Positions 9,279 through 17,650 of a DNA stretch of 64,000 nt are shown one piece after another. The position numbers and the translations under genes are program-made. Origin of the DNA: Eubacteriales bacterium (GTDB lineage Bacteria > Bacillota > Clostridia > Christensenellales > CALWSW01). The notes beneath the pieces were generated by a model, which did no database searches, was not told the origin of the DNA, and saw nothing but the letters and a program-made list of their open reading frames with translations. The stretch's first letter is position 1; each line of letters starts with the position of its first letter. Location of the stretch: assembly GCA_031553675.1 (NCBI GenBank), contig JAVBLF010000016.1:11324-75323 (forward strand), written 5' to 3'.

Positions 9279-10346
9279 ATGGATGTCAAGAATGTAAAAG
9301 TTGCCATTTGGGGTTTTGGTGCGATGGGACAGGGAATCGCGCGCACACTGCTGACGAAAACCGGTGTCGAGATCGTCGGTGTGTGCGTTCGCCGCGCGGA
9401 ACTCGTCGGAAAAGGCATCGGCGAGATGCTTGGCGTCGAGATGAAACAGCCCGAAGTCTATATCGACAACGACATCGACCGCGTTGTCACGAAGGGAAGC
9501 TGCGACATTTGCGTGATCGCGACCGATTCTTTCGTTGCGAAGGTCTACGATAAGATCGTCAACATACTCGAAAAAGGCGTCAACGTCATCACGATCGCCG
9601 AAGAGATGGCCTATCCCCAGGCCCAGGAACCCGAACTCGCCGCCAAGCTCGACGAGATCGCGAAGGCCAACGGCGTCAGCGTCATGGGCACCGGCATCAA
9701 CCCTGGCCTCGTGATGGACTTGCTCGCCATCTGCCTGTCTGGCTGCATGACCGACGTCAAATCCGTGATGTGCAAGCGCGTCAACAGCCTTTCTCCCTTC
9801 GGCAAGGCCGTTATGGAAGAGCAGGGCATCGGCATCACCGTCGAAGAATTTAACAAGGGCGTCGAAACCGGCTCTCTTGCGGGCCACGTTGGCTTCTCCG
9901 AGTCGATCGGCATGATCTCCGACGCGATCGGCCTGGGCGTCGAGAAAGTCGAACAACAGATGAAACCCATCGTCACGACCGTCGACCGCACGTCGCCCCA
10001 CGGCTTCGCGGCCGCCGGCAACGTCGCTGGCGTCAACATGACCGGGCAGGGCCTCCGAAACGGCGAAGTCGTAGTCGATATGATCCACCCGCAGCAGATC
10101 GAGCCCGAGATGGAAGGCACCCACACCGGCGACTACATCGTCATCGAAGGCAACCCGCGCGTCGATATGGTCATCAAGCCCGAGATCAACGGCGGCGAAG
10201 GCACGATCGCCATGTGCGTCAACTGCATCCCCCACGTCATCAACGCCGAAGCCGGCCTGCGCACTATGATCGACATCCCGGTGCCGCACGCGCTGATGGG
10301 CGACTTCCGCAACTACGTCCGCGCCGAAAAGCGCATCGTGAAGTAA
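9279..10346 (+). CDS. ord: 2,4-diaminopentanoate dehydrogenase
   Basis: Rossmann N-terminus VKVAIWGFGAMGQGIA. The length (355 aa) and the position directly upstream of ortA/ortB match the ornithine oxidative degradation operon. Confidence 0.8.
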   Translation: MDVKNVKVAIWGFGAMGQGIARTLLTKTGVEIVGVCVRRAELVGKGIGEMLGVEMKQPEVYIDNDIDRVVTKGSCDICVIATDSFVAKVYDKIVNILEKGVNVITIAEEMAYPQAQEPELAAKLDEIAKANGVSVMGTGINPGLVMDLLAICLSGCMTDVKSVMCKRVNSLSPFGKAVMEEQGIGITVEEFNKGVETGSLAGHVGFSESIGMISDAIGLGVEKVEQQMKPIVTTVDRTSPHGFAAAGNVAGVNMTGQGLRNGEVVVDMIHPQQIEPEMEGTHTGDYIVIEGNPRVDMVIKPEINGGEGTIAMCVNCIPHVINAEAGLRTMIDIPVPHALMGDFRNYVRAEKRIVK

Positions 10347-10364
10347 AAAACGGAGGACAGCGAT

Positions 10365-10670
10365 ATGGCATGCAAAGGGACTTGGGTCTCCGTTCGCCGC
10401 ACCGTCCTCACGCCCGAGGAACGCGCCGCGACGATTCCGCAGGACACCGCGAAGACGCCGCTTCTGCTTTGGGTGCGCGGCTCCCTCCAGCAGGACGCCG
10501 AGGTTGGCCAGGAAGCGACCGTTCTGACCAAGACCGGCCGCATCGAGACCGGCATCCTCGAAGAAGTCGAACCCCACTACGAAGTCAACTACGGCGGCTA
10601 TGTGCCCGAGATCGCCGCGATCGGCGCGAAGGCACGGGAGATCTTGTTTGGAGGTGGCGGCGATGCGTGA
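10365..10670 (+). CDS. ortA: 2-amino-4-ketopentanoate thiolase, alpha subunit
   Basis: 101-aa protein ending in EILFGGGG. It is translationally coupled to ortB (ATG at 10663 overlaps its stop). Confidence 0.75.
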   Translation: MACKGTWVSVRRTVLTPEERAATIPQDTAKTPLLLWVRGSLQQDAEVGQEATVLTKTGRIETGILEEVEPHYEVNYGGYVPEIAAIGAKAREILFGGGGDA

Positions 10671-12069
10671 CACGAGCTATGCGGCCGTCATGGCTCGCAA
10701 AAACGAGATCCTGAAAGCCTCGGCTGGCATCGATTTCCAGCAGTTTGAGAGCGGATCGATCGCCTTCGACTACGAGCGCATGATGGCCAGCATCGGCTAC
10801 AGTTTCGACGAACTGGCGGCCATCCAAGCTTCGCGCGGCGTCGGCAACACGCCGCTGCTCGAGCTCCACAACATCACCGCGCTCGCCCGCCGTTTTGCTC
10901 CCCAGGGCAAGGGCGCGCGCATCCTCATCAAGGACGAAGCCGCCAACCCCTCCGGCAGCTTCAAGGATCGCCGTGCCGCCACCGCCGTCCATCACGCTAA
11001 GAAGATGGGCTTCAAAGGCGTCGCTGCCGCAACGAGCGGCAACTACGGCGCAGCGGTTGCATCCCAGGCGGCCATGCAAGGCCTCAAGTGCATCGTCGTG
11101 CAAGAGTGCTACGACGCACGCAAGGTCGGCCAGCCCGAGATCATCGAAAAGGCGCGCAAGTGCGAAGCCTATGGCGCGGAAGTCATGCAGCTCTCCGTCG
11201 GCCCCGAGCTCTTCTACATCTTCCTGCGCATCCTCGAAGACACCGGCTACTTCAGCGCCTCGCTCTATTCGCCGTTTGGCGTCGCGGGCGTCGAAACCCT
11301 GGGCTATGAGCTCGTCCAACAGTGCGTCGCCAAGACAGGCCAGCAGCCCGACGTCGTCGTCGCGACGCATGCCGGCGGCGGCAACCTGACCGGTACGGCG
11401 CGTGGCATCCGTCGGGCAGGCTGCGAGGCCGCGATCGTCGGTGCCTCCGTCAACTTAAAGGGCCTCCACATGGCGTCCGATGGCCAATTCAACCGCAAGA
11501 GCTTCACGACCGGCCACACCGGTTTCGGCATGCCCTTCGCGACATGGCCCGACCGCTCCGACGTGCCGCGTTCCGCCGCGCGCCCGCTGCGCTACATGGA
11601 TCGTTACGTCACCGTCAACCAGGGCGAAGTGTTCACGATGACCGAGCTTCTCGCCAGCCTCGAAGGGCTGGAGCGCGGACCGGCCGGCAACACCTCGCTG
11701 GCAGCGGCCTTCTCGATCGCCCGGGAACTCCCCGAAGACGCGATCGTCGTCGTGCAGGAGACCGAGTACACTGGCGCGGGCAAACATATCCAGCCCCAGC
11801 TCCACTTTGCGCGGCAAAACGGCATCGAGATCCGCTTCGGCGATCCGAAGGAAGAGGTTGCTGGCGAGAGCATCGTACTCCCGCAAGACCCCGGTTTCTT
11901 CCACATCGACGAAGTCGATCTGACGGCGCTGCGTTCGTCTTACCTGCGCAACGCGCTCGAAAAGACCGAGGCATTGACCGACGCCGACATCGTCTACCTC
12001 GCCGAAGAAACGCAAACGACGGAATCCGACGTCCGCGCGCTGATCGAGGCCGTGAAAGCGAAACAATAG
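10663..12069 (+). CDS. ortB: 2-amino-4-ketopentanoate thiolase, beta subunit (PLP-dependent, Trp-synthase-beta fold)
   Basis: PLP-lysine context NPSGSFKDRRA and a GGGN loop. The start at 10663 (MRDTSYAAV) overlaps the ortA stop. Confidence 0.8.
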   Translation: MRDTSYAAVMARKNEILKASAGIDFQQFESGSIAFDYERMMASIGYSFDELAAIQASRGVGNTPLLELHNITALARRFAPQGKGARILIKDEAANPSGSFKDRRAATAVHHAKKMGFKGVAAATSGNYGAAVASQAAMQGLKCIVVQECYDARKVGQPEIIEKARKCEAYGAEVMQLSVGPELFYIFLRILEDTGYFSASLYSPFGVAGVETLGYELVQQCVAKTGQQPDVVVATHAGGGNLTGTARGIRRAGCEAAIVGASVNLKGLHMASDGQFNRKSFTTGHTGFGMPFATWPDRSDVPRSAARPLRYMDRYVTVNQGEVFTMTELLASLEGLERGPAGNTSLAAAFSIARELPEDAIVVVQETEYTGAGKHIQPQLHFARQNGIEIRFGDPKEEVAGESIVLPQDPGFFHIDEVDLTALRSSYLRNALEKTEALTDADIVYLAEETQTTESDVRALIEAVKAKQ

Positions 12070-12116
12070 CTTTCAAATTTGTGGGAACTGAAAGCCGAAA
12101 AACAAAGTGCAAAATA

Positions 12117-12171
12117 GGGATTCCAAAGGGTCTTGACCCTTTGGTCAGGGGTCTGGGGGATGAAATCCCCC
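12117..12171 (+). repeat. 55-nt double-hairpin intergenic repeat, copy A (near-identical copy at 53110..53165)
   Basis: Sequence: gggattccaaagggtcttgaccctttggtcaggggtctgggggatgaaatccccc. Hairpin 1 is ccaaaggg/ccctttgg. Hairpin 2 is gggggat/atccccc. Confidence 0.85.
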
Positions 12172-12202
12172 AGCGTACCCCGCAAGATAGGAGACAAAAC
12201 GA

Positions 12203-12565
12203 ATGAAACGTCAAGACGATTACGCGGCCCGTCGCGCGCACCTCGCGTCGCTGGACGACGCCGCGCTGACCGCCCGTTTTTGGGAACTCGCCGGACAGGT
12301 GGTCGATCCGCTGCTCAAGCTCGGCTACGAGAACACGTCGCCTTCGATCGAGCGTTCCGTGCTGCTGCGCATGGGTTTTTCGTCGCTCGAAGTCAAGCCG
12401 ATCGTCGATGGTGCGCTCGAGCGCAACCTGCTCGGCCACGGCGCGGGGCACGTCGTGTACAAGCTGGCGCAGTCGAAGGGCATTCCCGTCCGCGAAGCCG
12501 GACTGCTGCTCGCCGACGGCAAGGCCTGGGATGAAGCCGAAGCGCTGTTTGGAGGTGCGAAGTGA
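12203..12565 (+). CDS. oraS: D-ornithine 4,5-aminomutase, small subunit S
   Basis: 120-aa protein immediately upstream of oraE and overlapping it (ATGA-type overlap at 12562). Confidence 0.8.
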   Translation: MKRQDDYAARRAHLASLDDAALTARFWELAGQVVDPLLKLGYENTSPSIERSVLLRMGFSSLEVKPIVDGALERNLLGHGAGHVVYKLAQSKGIPVREAGLLLADGKAWDEAEALFGGAK

Positions 12566-14781
12566 TGGACGAACGCTACGAATTGAAGCCGAATGAGAGG
12601 CTGGACGTCGAAGAGCTTTTGACTGGCCTTGAAAATTACCACCCCAAGCGCCGCGGCTGGACCTGGCGCAAGCCGGTCAAGAACCTCCAGATGGGGCCCT
12701 TTACCTACCAGGATTGCTCAGAACCGCTCAAGGACGGCGTGCCGCTGCTAGCAGCCCACAACTTCGACGGCATCGATCCGCAGCCCGGCCCCGTCATCAC
12801 GACGGAGATCGCTTCGGGACGCTTTGAAGACGACATCCGCCGCATGCGCATGGCCGCCCACCACGGCGCCGACCACATCATGGTCATCCGCACGGCCGGT
12901 CAATCCCACTTCGACGGCCTGATCGAAGGAACGCCCCAGGGCGTTGGCGGCGTGCCGATTACGCGCAAACAGGTTCGCGCCCAGCGCCGCGCGCTCGACC
13001 TGATCGAAGAAGAAGTCGGTCGTCCGATCAACTACCACTCCTACGTTTCGGGCGTCGCGGGCCCCGACGTCGCCGTTATGTTCGCCGAAGAAGGCGTCAA
13101 CGGCTGCCACCAGGATCCGCAATACAACGTCATCTACCGCAACATCAACATGGTGCGTTCTTTCGTCGATGCCTGCGAATCGAAACAGGTCATCGCGTGG
13201 AGCGGCATGGCGCAGATCGACGGCGCACACAACGCCAACGCCACCAGCCGCGAAGCTTGGAAGGTCATGCCCGAGCTGATGGTGCAGCACGCGATCAACG
13301 CGATCTTCTCGCACAAGGTCGGCATCGCGAAGGAAAACATCTGCCTGTCGACCGTTCCGCCGACCTCGACGCCCGCGCCCTGCATCCACATGGATCTGCC
13401 CTACGCCGTGGCGCTGCGCGAACTCTTCGAAGGCTACCGCATGCGCGCCCAGATGCACACGAAGTACATCGAAGCCAGCACCCGCGACGCGACCGTCACA
13501 CACGTGCTGAACATGATGATCTCGAAGCTGACGAGCGCCGACATCCAGTCGACCATCACGCCCGACGAAGGCCGCAACGTGCCGTGGCACATCTACAACA
13601 TCGAGGCCTGCGACACCGCCAAGCAGTCGCTCGTCGGCATGGATGGCCTCATGGACATGGTCGAGCTGAAAAAGGAAGGCTACCTGCGCGACACCGCCCG
13701 CGAGCTCAAAGAGCGCGCCGTGCTCTTCCTCGAAGAGATGATCGAAAAGGGCGGCTACTTCAAGGCCGTCGAAGAGGGCTTTTTCGTCGATTCGGGCTGC
13801 TACCCCGAACGCAACGGCGACGGCATCGTCCGCACGATCGACGGCGGTGTCGGCGCGGGCAGCGTCATCGCGCGCGAAAAGGATTACATGGCTCCCGTTA
13901 CGGCCCACTACGGCTACAACAACGTCGCCCAGTACGACGCGAGCGCCGAAAGCGATCCGTCCAAACTGATCGACGGCTGCACGCTCGAATGCCCAGACAA
14001 GATCGTCTTCATCGACGAGCTCGACGAGGTTGACAACGCTGCCGTCCGCATGGACGAAGTGATCGACTTCGTGCGTGGCAAGAAGCTCAAGCCCGAGATG
14101 GAGTGGATGGCCGACGGCACGATCCTCTTCACGATGTTCTTCCCGACCGATCGCCGCCACGCCGAGGCTGCCGCGCTCGAAACCGCCAAGCGCATGGGCC
14201 TGGTCGACGCCGAAGTCATCAGCCGCGAGATCATGCACCAGGCTGAGGGCACGCGCATCGAACTGAAGGCGAAAGTCACTTTCGATCTCGACCCCGACGC
14301 GCTCGTGATCCCCGAAGAGCCCGAAATCATGAGCGCCGACGAGATCCGCGCTGCCATCGAAGCCAAGCCCATGACCGTCGTCTGCGGTACGGTCGGACAA
14401 GACGAGCACTCGGTCGGCCTGCGCGAGATCATCGACATCAAACACGGCGGCATCGAGGGCTTCGGCATCAAGGTGCACTACCTCGGCACGTCGGTTCCGG
14501 TCGAAAAGCTGGTCAACGCCGCCATCGAGCTGAACGCCGACGCCATCCTCGCCTCGACGATCATCAGCCACGACGACATTCACTACAAAAACATCGCCGG
14601 TATCGACCGCATCGCCAAGGAAATGGGCGTCCGCGACAAGCTGATCTTCGCCGCGGGCGGCACCCAGGTCACGCCCGACCTCGCCGTCCAGGCTGGCGCC
14701 GATGCCGGGTTCACGCGCGGCCACAAGGGCGTCCACGTCGCCTCTTTCCTGGTCAAGCGTCGGAACGAGCTCCAAGGCTAG
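12562..14781 (+). CDS. oraE: D-ornithine 4,5-aminomutase, large subunit E (adenosylcobalamin- and PLP-dependent)
   Basis: 739 aa, with a C-terminal Rossmann-like B12-binding module (GQDEHSVGL region). Position is between oraS and a GlmL-like gene. Confidence 0.85.
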   Translation: MMDERYELKPNERLDVEELLTGLENYHPKRRGWTWRKPVKNLQMGPFTYQDCSEPLKDGVPLLAAHNFDGIDPQPGPVITTEIASGRFEDDIRRMRMAAHHGADHIMVIRTAGQSHFDGLIEGTPQGVGGVPITRKQVRAQRRALDLIEEEVGRPINYHSYVSGVAGPDVAVMFAEEGVNGCHQDPQYNVIYRNINMVRSFVDACESKQVIAWSGMAQIDGAHNANATSREAWKVMPELMVQHAINAIFSHKVGIAKENICLSTVPPTSTPAPCIHMDLPYAVALRELFEGYRMRAQMHTKYIEASTRDATVTHVLNMMISKLTSADIQSTITPDEGRNVPWHIYNIEACDTAKQSLVGMDGLMDMVELKKEGYLRDTARELKERAVLFLEEMIEKGGYFKAVEEGFFVDSGCYPERNGDGIVRTIDGGVGAGSVIAREKDYMAPVTAHYGYNNVAQYDASAESDPSKLIDGCTLECPDKIVFIDELDEVDNAAVRMDEVIDFVRGKKLKPEMEWMADGTILFTMFFPTDRRHAEAAALETAKRMGLVDAEVISREIMHQAEGTRIELKAKVTFDLDPDALVIPEEPEIMSADEIRAAIEAKPMTVVCGTVGQDEHSVGLREIIDIKHGGIEGFGIKVHYLGTSVPVEKLVNAAIELNADAILASTIISHDDIHYKNIAGIDRIAKEMGVRDKLIFAAGGTQVTPDLAVQAGADAGFTRGHKGVHVASFLVKRRNELQG

Positions 14782-14786
14782 GGAAC

Positions 14787-14869
14787 GTTGGGGCGCTGCC
14801 CCAACCCCCGCTCAAGGAGCAAGCCCCTTGAGAATCCCTATTTGGAAGCATTGAGAATGGGGGATTCCC
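14787..14869 (+). repeat. Composite GC-rich hairpin module related to the 12117/53110 repeat family
   Basis: Three elements are present: gttgggg-cgctg-ccccaac, ctcaagg-N8-ccttgag, and gaatccc...gggattc. It shares the GGGATTC / CCCTTG(A)G / GGGGGAT word set with the other copies. Confidence 0.6.
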
Positions 14870-14870
14870 T

Positions 14871-16238
14871 ATGTACATCGATTTACTGGTTGCGGAGATC
14901 GGCTCGACGACGACGGTCGTCAACGCGTTCTCCGGCATCGAAACGCCCTGCCCGCGCTTTGTCGGGCAGGGACAGGCCCCGACGAGCGTGCTGGCGGGTG
15001 ACGTCCGCGTCGGGCTGAACGAGGCGATAGAGGACCTGCGGCAGACGCTCCAGGCAGACGCGATCGAGTACGGGCAAATGCTCGCGACCTCGAGCGCCGC
15101 CGGTGGCTTGCGCATGAGCGTCCACGGCCTCGTCTTCGACATGACGGCGCGCGCCGGACGCGAAGCCGCCCTCGGCGCAGGCGCCAACATCCGCATGATC
15201 ACGGCAGGCAAGCTCACGGAGACCGATCTCCGTGAGCTTGAGGCCGTTTCGCCCAACCTCATCTTGCTGGCCGGTGGCACGGACTACGGCGAACGCGAGA
15301 CGGCCGTCTACAACGCACGCATGATCGCGACGCTGAAAGGCTGTCCGCCGGTGATCTACGCCGGAAACATCCAGTGCCAAGCCGAGATCAAAGTCATCTT
15401 GGGCGAGGCGGGCATCCGCCACTACATCGAGGAAAACGTGTACCCACGGCTCGACGAACTCAACATCGAGCCCGTCCGCAGGCGGATCCACGACGCGTTC
15501 GAGGAGCACATCATCCACGCGCCCGGCATGGAAGGCATCCGCGATCTCGTCACGGGCGCCATCCTGCCGACGCCCGGCGCTGTGATGGAATCGGCCCGCC
15601 TGCTGTACGGCATGGTGGGGGATCTCGTCGTCGTGGACGTCGGCGGCGCGACGACCGACGTTCACTCGGTCGCCGACGGCTCGGAGGAGATATCGCTTCT
15701 GCAAATCGCACCCGAACCCAAGGCGAAACGGACGGTCGAGGGGGATCTCGGCGTCTACGTCAATGCAAACAGCCTCGCCAAGGCCGTCGGTCTAGGCGTG
15801 CTCGAAAAGGAATCCGGTGTGGACGTCGAAGCGGTGCTTGCGAACTTCGAGCCCATCCCGCGGGGCGAAGATCAGCGCAAGCTCACCCAGCGCCTGGCCT
15901 ACCACGCCGCGGCGATCGCCCTCAAGCGCCACGCAGGCCGTCTGCGTCATACCTACGGCGCGACAGGGCGGCGCACCTGGGCCGAGGGCAAGGACTTAAG
16001 CTGCGCGAGATGGCTCGTCGCGACGGGCGGCGCGCTGACGCGTCTCCCCGGGCGCGAGGCGATCTTGCGCGAACTCTGCGATCTGAACGCGTCGGGCACG
16101 CTGCTCTTTCCCAAGCCGGGCAGCATGCGCGTGCTCGAAGACGCGCCCTACATCATGGCGTCGCTCGGCGTCATCTCCAAGACGTATCCCGAAGCGGCGC
16201 GCGCTCTGCTTCGCGGCGCGTTGGGATTGCCAACCTAA
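14871..16238 (+). CDS. GlmL/MutL-like ATPase (putative D-ornithine aminomutase reactivase/chaperone)
   Basis: Actin-like ATPase phosphate motifs: LLVAEIGSTTTVVNAF and VVVDVGGATTDVHS. A paralogue of the glutamate mutase L component lies at 54611..55990. Confidence 0.7.
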   Translation: MYIDLLVAEIGSTTTVVNAFSGIETPCPRFVGQGQAPTSVLAGDVRVGLNEAIEDLRQTLQADAIEYGQMLATSSAAGGLRMSVHGLVFDMTARAGREAALGAGANIRMITAGKLTETDLRELEAVSPNLILLAGGTDYGERETAVYNARMIATLKGCPPVIYAGNIQCQAEIKVILGEAGIRHYIEENVYPRLDELNIEPVRRRIHDAFEEHIIHAPGMEGIRDLVTGAILPTPGAVMESARLLYGMVGDLVVVDVGGATTDVHSVADGSEEISLLQIAPEPKAKRTVEGDLGVYVNANSLAKAVGLGVLEKESGVDVEAVLANFEPIPRGEDQRKLTQRLAYHAAAIALKRHAGRLRHTYGATGRRTWAEGKDLSCARWLVATGGALTRLPGREAILRELCDLNASGTLLFPKPGSMRVLEDAPYIMASLGVISKTYPEAARALLRGALGLPT

Positions 16239-16258
16239 CGGCGATTCCCCGCTGGGGA
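16219..16258 (+). repeat. Small hairpin pair of the same word family at the reactivase/orr junction
   Basis: Contains gttgg-gattg-ccaac and ttcccc-gct-ggggat. This is a weak, short member of the family. Confidence 0.35.
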
Positions 16259-16314
16259 TATGCCGAATGAATACGGCCGGAGCTCTTTCGGCCATGTACA
16301 AGGAGGAGCGCACG

Positions 16315-17463
16315 GTGAATCCGAGGCTCAACATCGATCTCAGCAAATTTGCGCACAATGCGGCAGCCCTTTGCAAGCACTGCCACGCAGTGGGCATCAG
16401 CGTTGCCGCCGTGACGAAAGTGTACTGTGCGGACCGCCGCATGCTCGATGTGCTGGTCGCTTCGCCGGTCGATTACCTGGCCGACTCGCGCATCGAGAAC
16501 ATCGAGAGCTATCCCAAGTGCGACAAACCCACGATGCTGCTTCGCCTGCCGACGCCGTCGGAAGCGCTGCGCACGGTTCGAGCCTGCGACATCAGCCTCA
16601 ATTCGGAGCTCGCGACCATCCAAAAGCTCGCCGAAGCCGCCGCATCGATCGGCAAGACCCACGGCATCGTGATGATGGTGGATGTCGGCGATCTGCGCGA
16701 GGGGATCTACTTCGACAACGAAGAACTGATCGTTCGGACGATCGAGTACATCCTGTCGCATAAGAGCCTGCGCATGGAAGGCATGGGCTTGAATTTGACC
16801 TGTTACGGCTCGGTCATCCCGACGAAAGAGAACCTCAGCCGCCTCTGCGACATGGCCAAGCGCGTCGAGGCGCGCTTTGGGATCGAGCTGCCGATCATTT
16901 CGGGCGGCAATTCGAGCACACTCTACCTGCTCGAAGGCAGCGACATGCCTTGGGACATCAACAACCTCCGCATCGGCGAGGCGATGATCCGCGGCATCGA
17001 GACGGCTTACACCCAGCCGCTTCCCATGCTGCGCCAAGACGTCGTCACGCTGGAGGCCGAGATCATCGAATTGCAATCCAAACCCTCCATGCCCGACGGG
17101 TTGATCGGCGTCAATGCGTTCGGCGAGAGCGAGACCTACGTCGATCGCGGACGACGCCTGCGCGCGATCGTCGCAGTGGGGCGGCAGGATACCGACCACG
17201 AAGGATTGAACTGCCTGGAGCCGGGCGTCGAAGTGGTCGGCGCAAGCTCCGATCACCTGATCGTCGATGTCACCGACGCGCGCGAAACGCTGGTCGTCGG
17301 CGATACGCTGCACTTTTCCATGTCATACGGCGCGATCCTGCGCGGCTTTACCAGCCCATATGTCGAGCGCGATTACCACACCGAAGAGGGCGAAGAGGCT
17401 GCGCTCGATTTCCTTGCGATGGACGACGACACGCTGCTGCGCCAGCTCGCCGCCAACGGTTGA
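16315..17463 (+). CDS. orr: Ornithine racemase (PLP-dependent, alanine-racemase-fold)
   Basis: The VAAVTKVY segment (PLP lysine context) is present and the gene is last in the ornithine operon. I chose the GTG at 16315, 8 nt after AAGGAGG. The ORF-track start at 16267 remains possible. Confidence 0.75.
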   Translation: MNPRLNIDLSKFAHNAAALCKHCHAVGISVAAVTKVYCADRRMLDVLVASPVDYLADSRIENIESYPKCDKPTMLLRLPTPSEALRTVRACDISLNSELATIQKLAEAAASIGKTHGIVMMVDVGDLREGIYFDNEELIVRTIEYILSHKSLRMEGMGLNLTCYGSVIPTKENLSRLCDMAKRVEARFGIELPIISGGNSSTLYLLEGSDMPWDINNLRIGEAMIRGIETAYTQPLPMLRQDVVTLEAEIIELQSKPSMPDGLIGVNAFGESETYVDRGRRLRAIVAVGRQDTDHEGLNCLEPGVEVVGASSDHLIVDVTDARETLVVGDTLHFSMSYGAILRGFTSPYVERDYHTEEGEEAALDFLAMDDDTLLRQLAANG

Positions 17464-17518
17464 AAGGCACGCGGGTTTCGCAAACACGAAACGTAGACCG
17501 CCATCCAGCCATGAAACG

Positions 17519-17550
17519 AAGGGACGCCTCAGTTGAGCGCGTCCCTTTCT
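17519..17550 (+). terminator. Probable intrinsic terminator of the ornithine operon
   Basis: 9-bp stem aagggacgc / gcgtccctt followed by a T-rich tail (tttct). Confidence 0.5.
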
Positions 17551-17571
17551 GTGTCGCTGCCGACGACGTTG

Positions 17572-17580
17572 TGGTATAAT
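17572..17580 (+). promoter_or_regulatory. Extended -10 promoter element (TGgTATAAT) upstream of selD
   Basis: Sequence tgtggtataat lies 70 nt upstream of the selD ATG. No clear -35 element. Confidence 0.45.
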
Positions 17581-17650
17581 GCAGGAAATGCCGTTTGCGG
17601 CCACCCGGTGGGTTGGGCGCATTTTTGGCTTTGAAGGGAGGGGATGCGCG

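Noticed and set aside
12070-12202. Cobalamin riboswitch in front of oraS; I also looked upstream of ord (9127-9278) and of the glm operon
   Set aside because: I found no B12-box-like sequence and no multi-stem architecture. The spacer is explained by the 55-nt double-hairpin repeat and a short hairpin.
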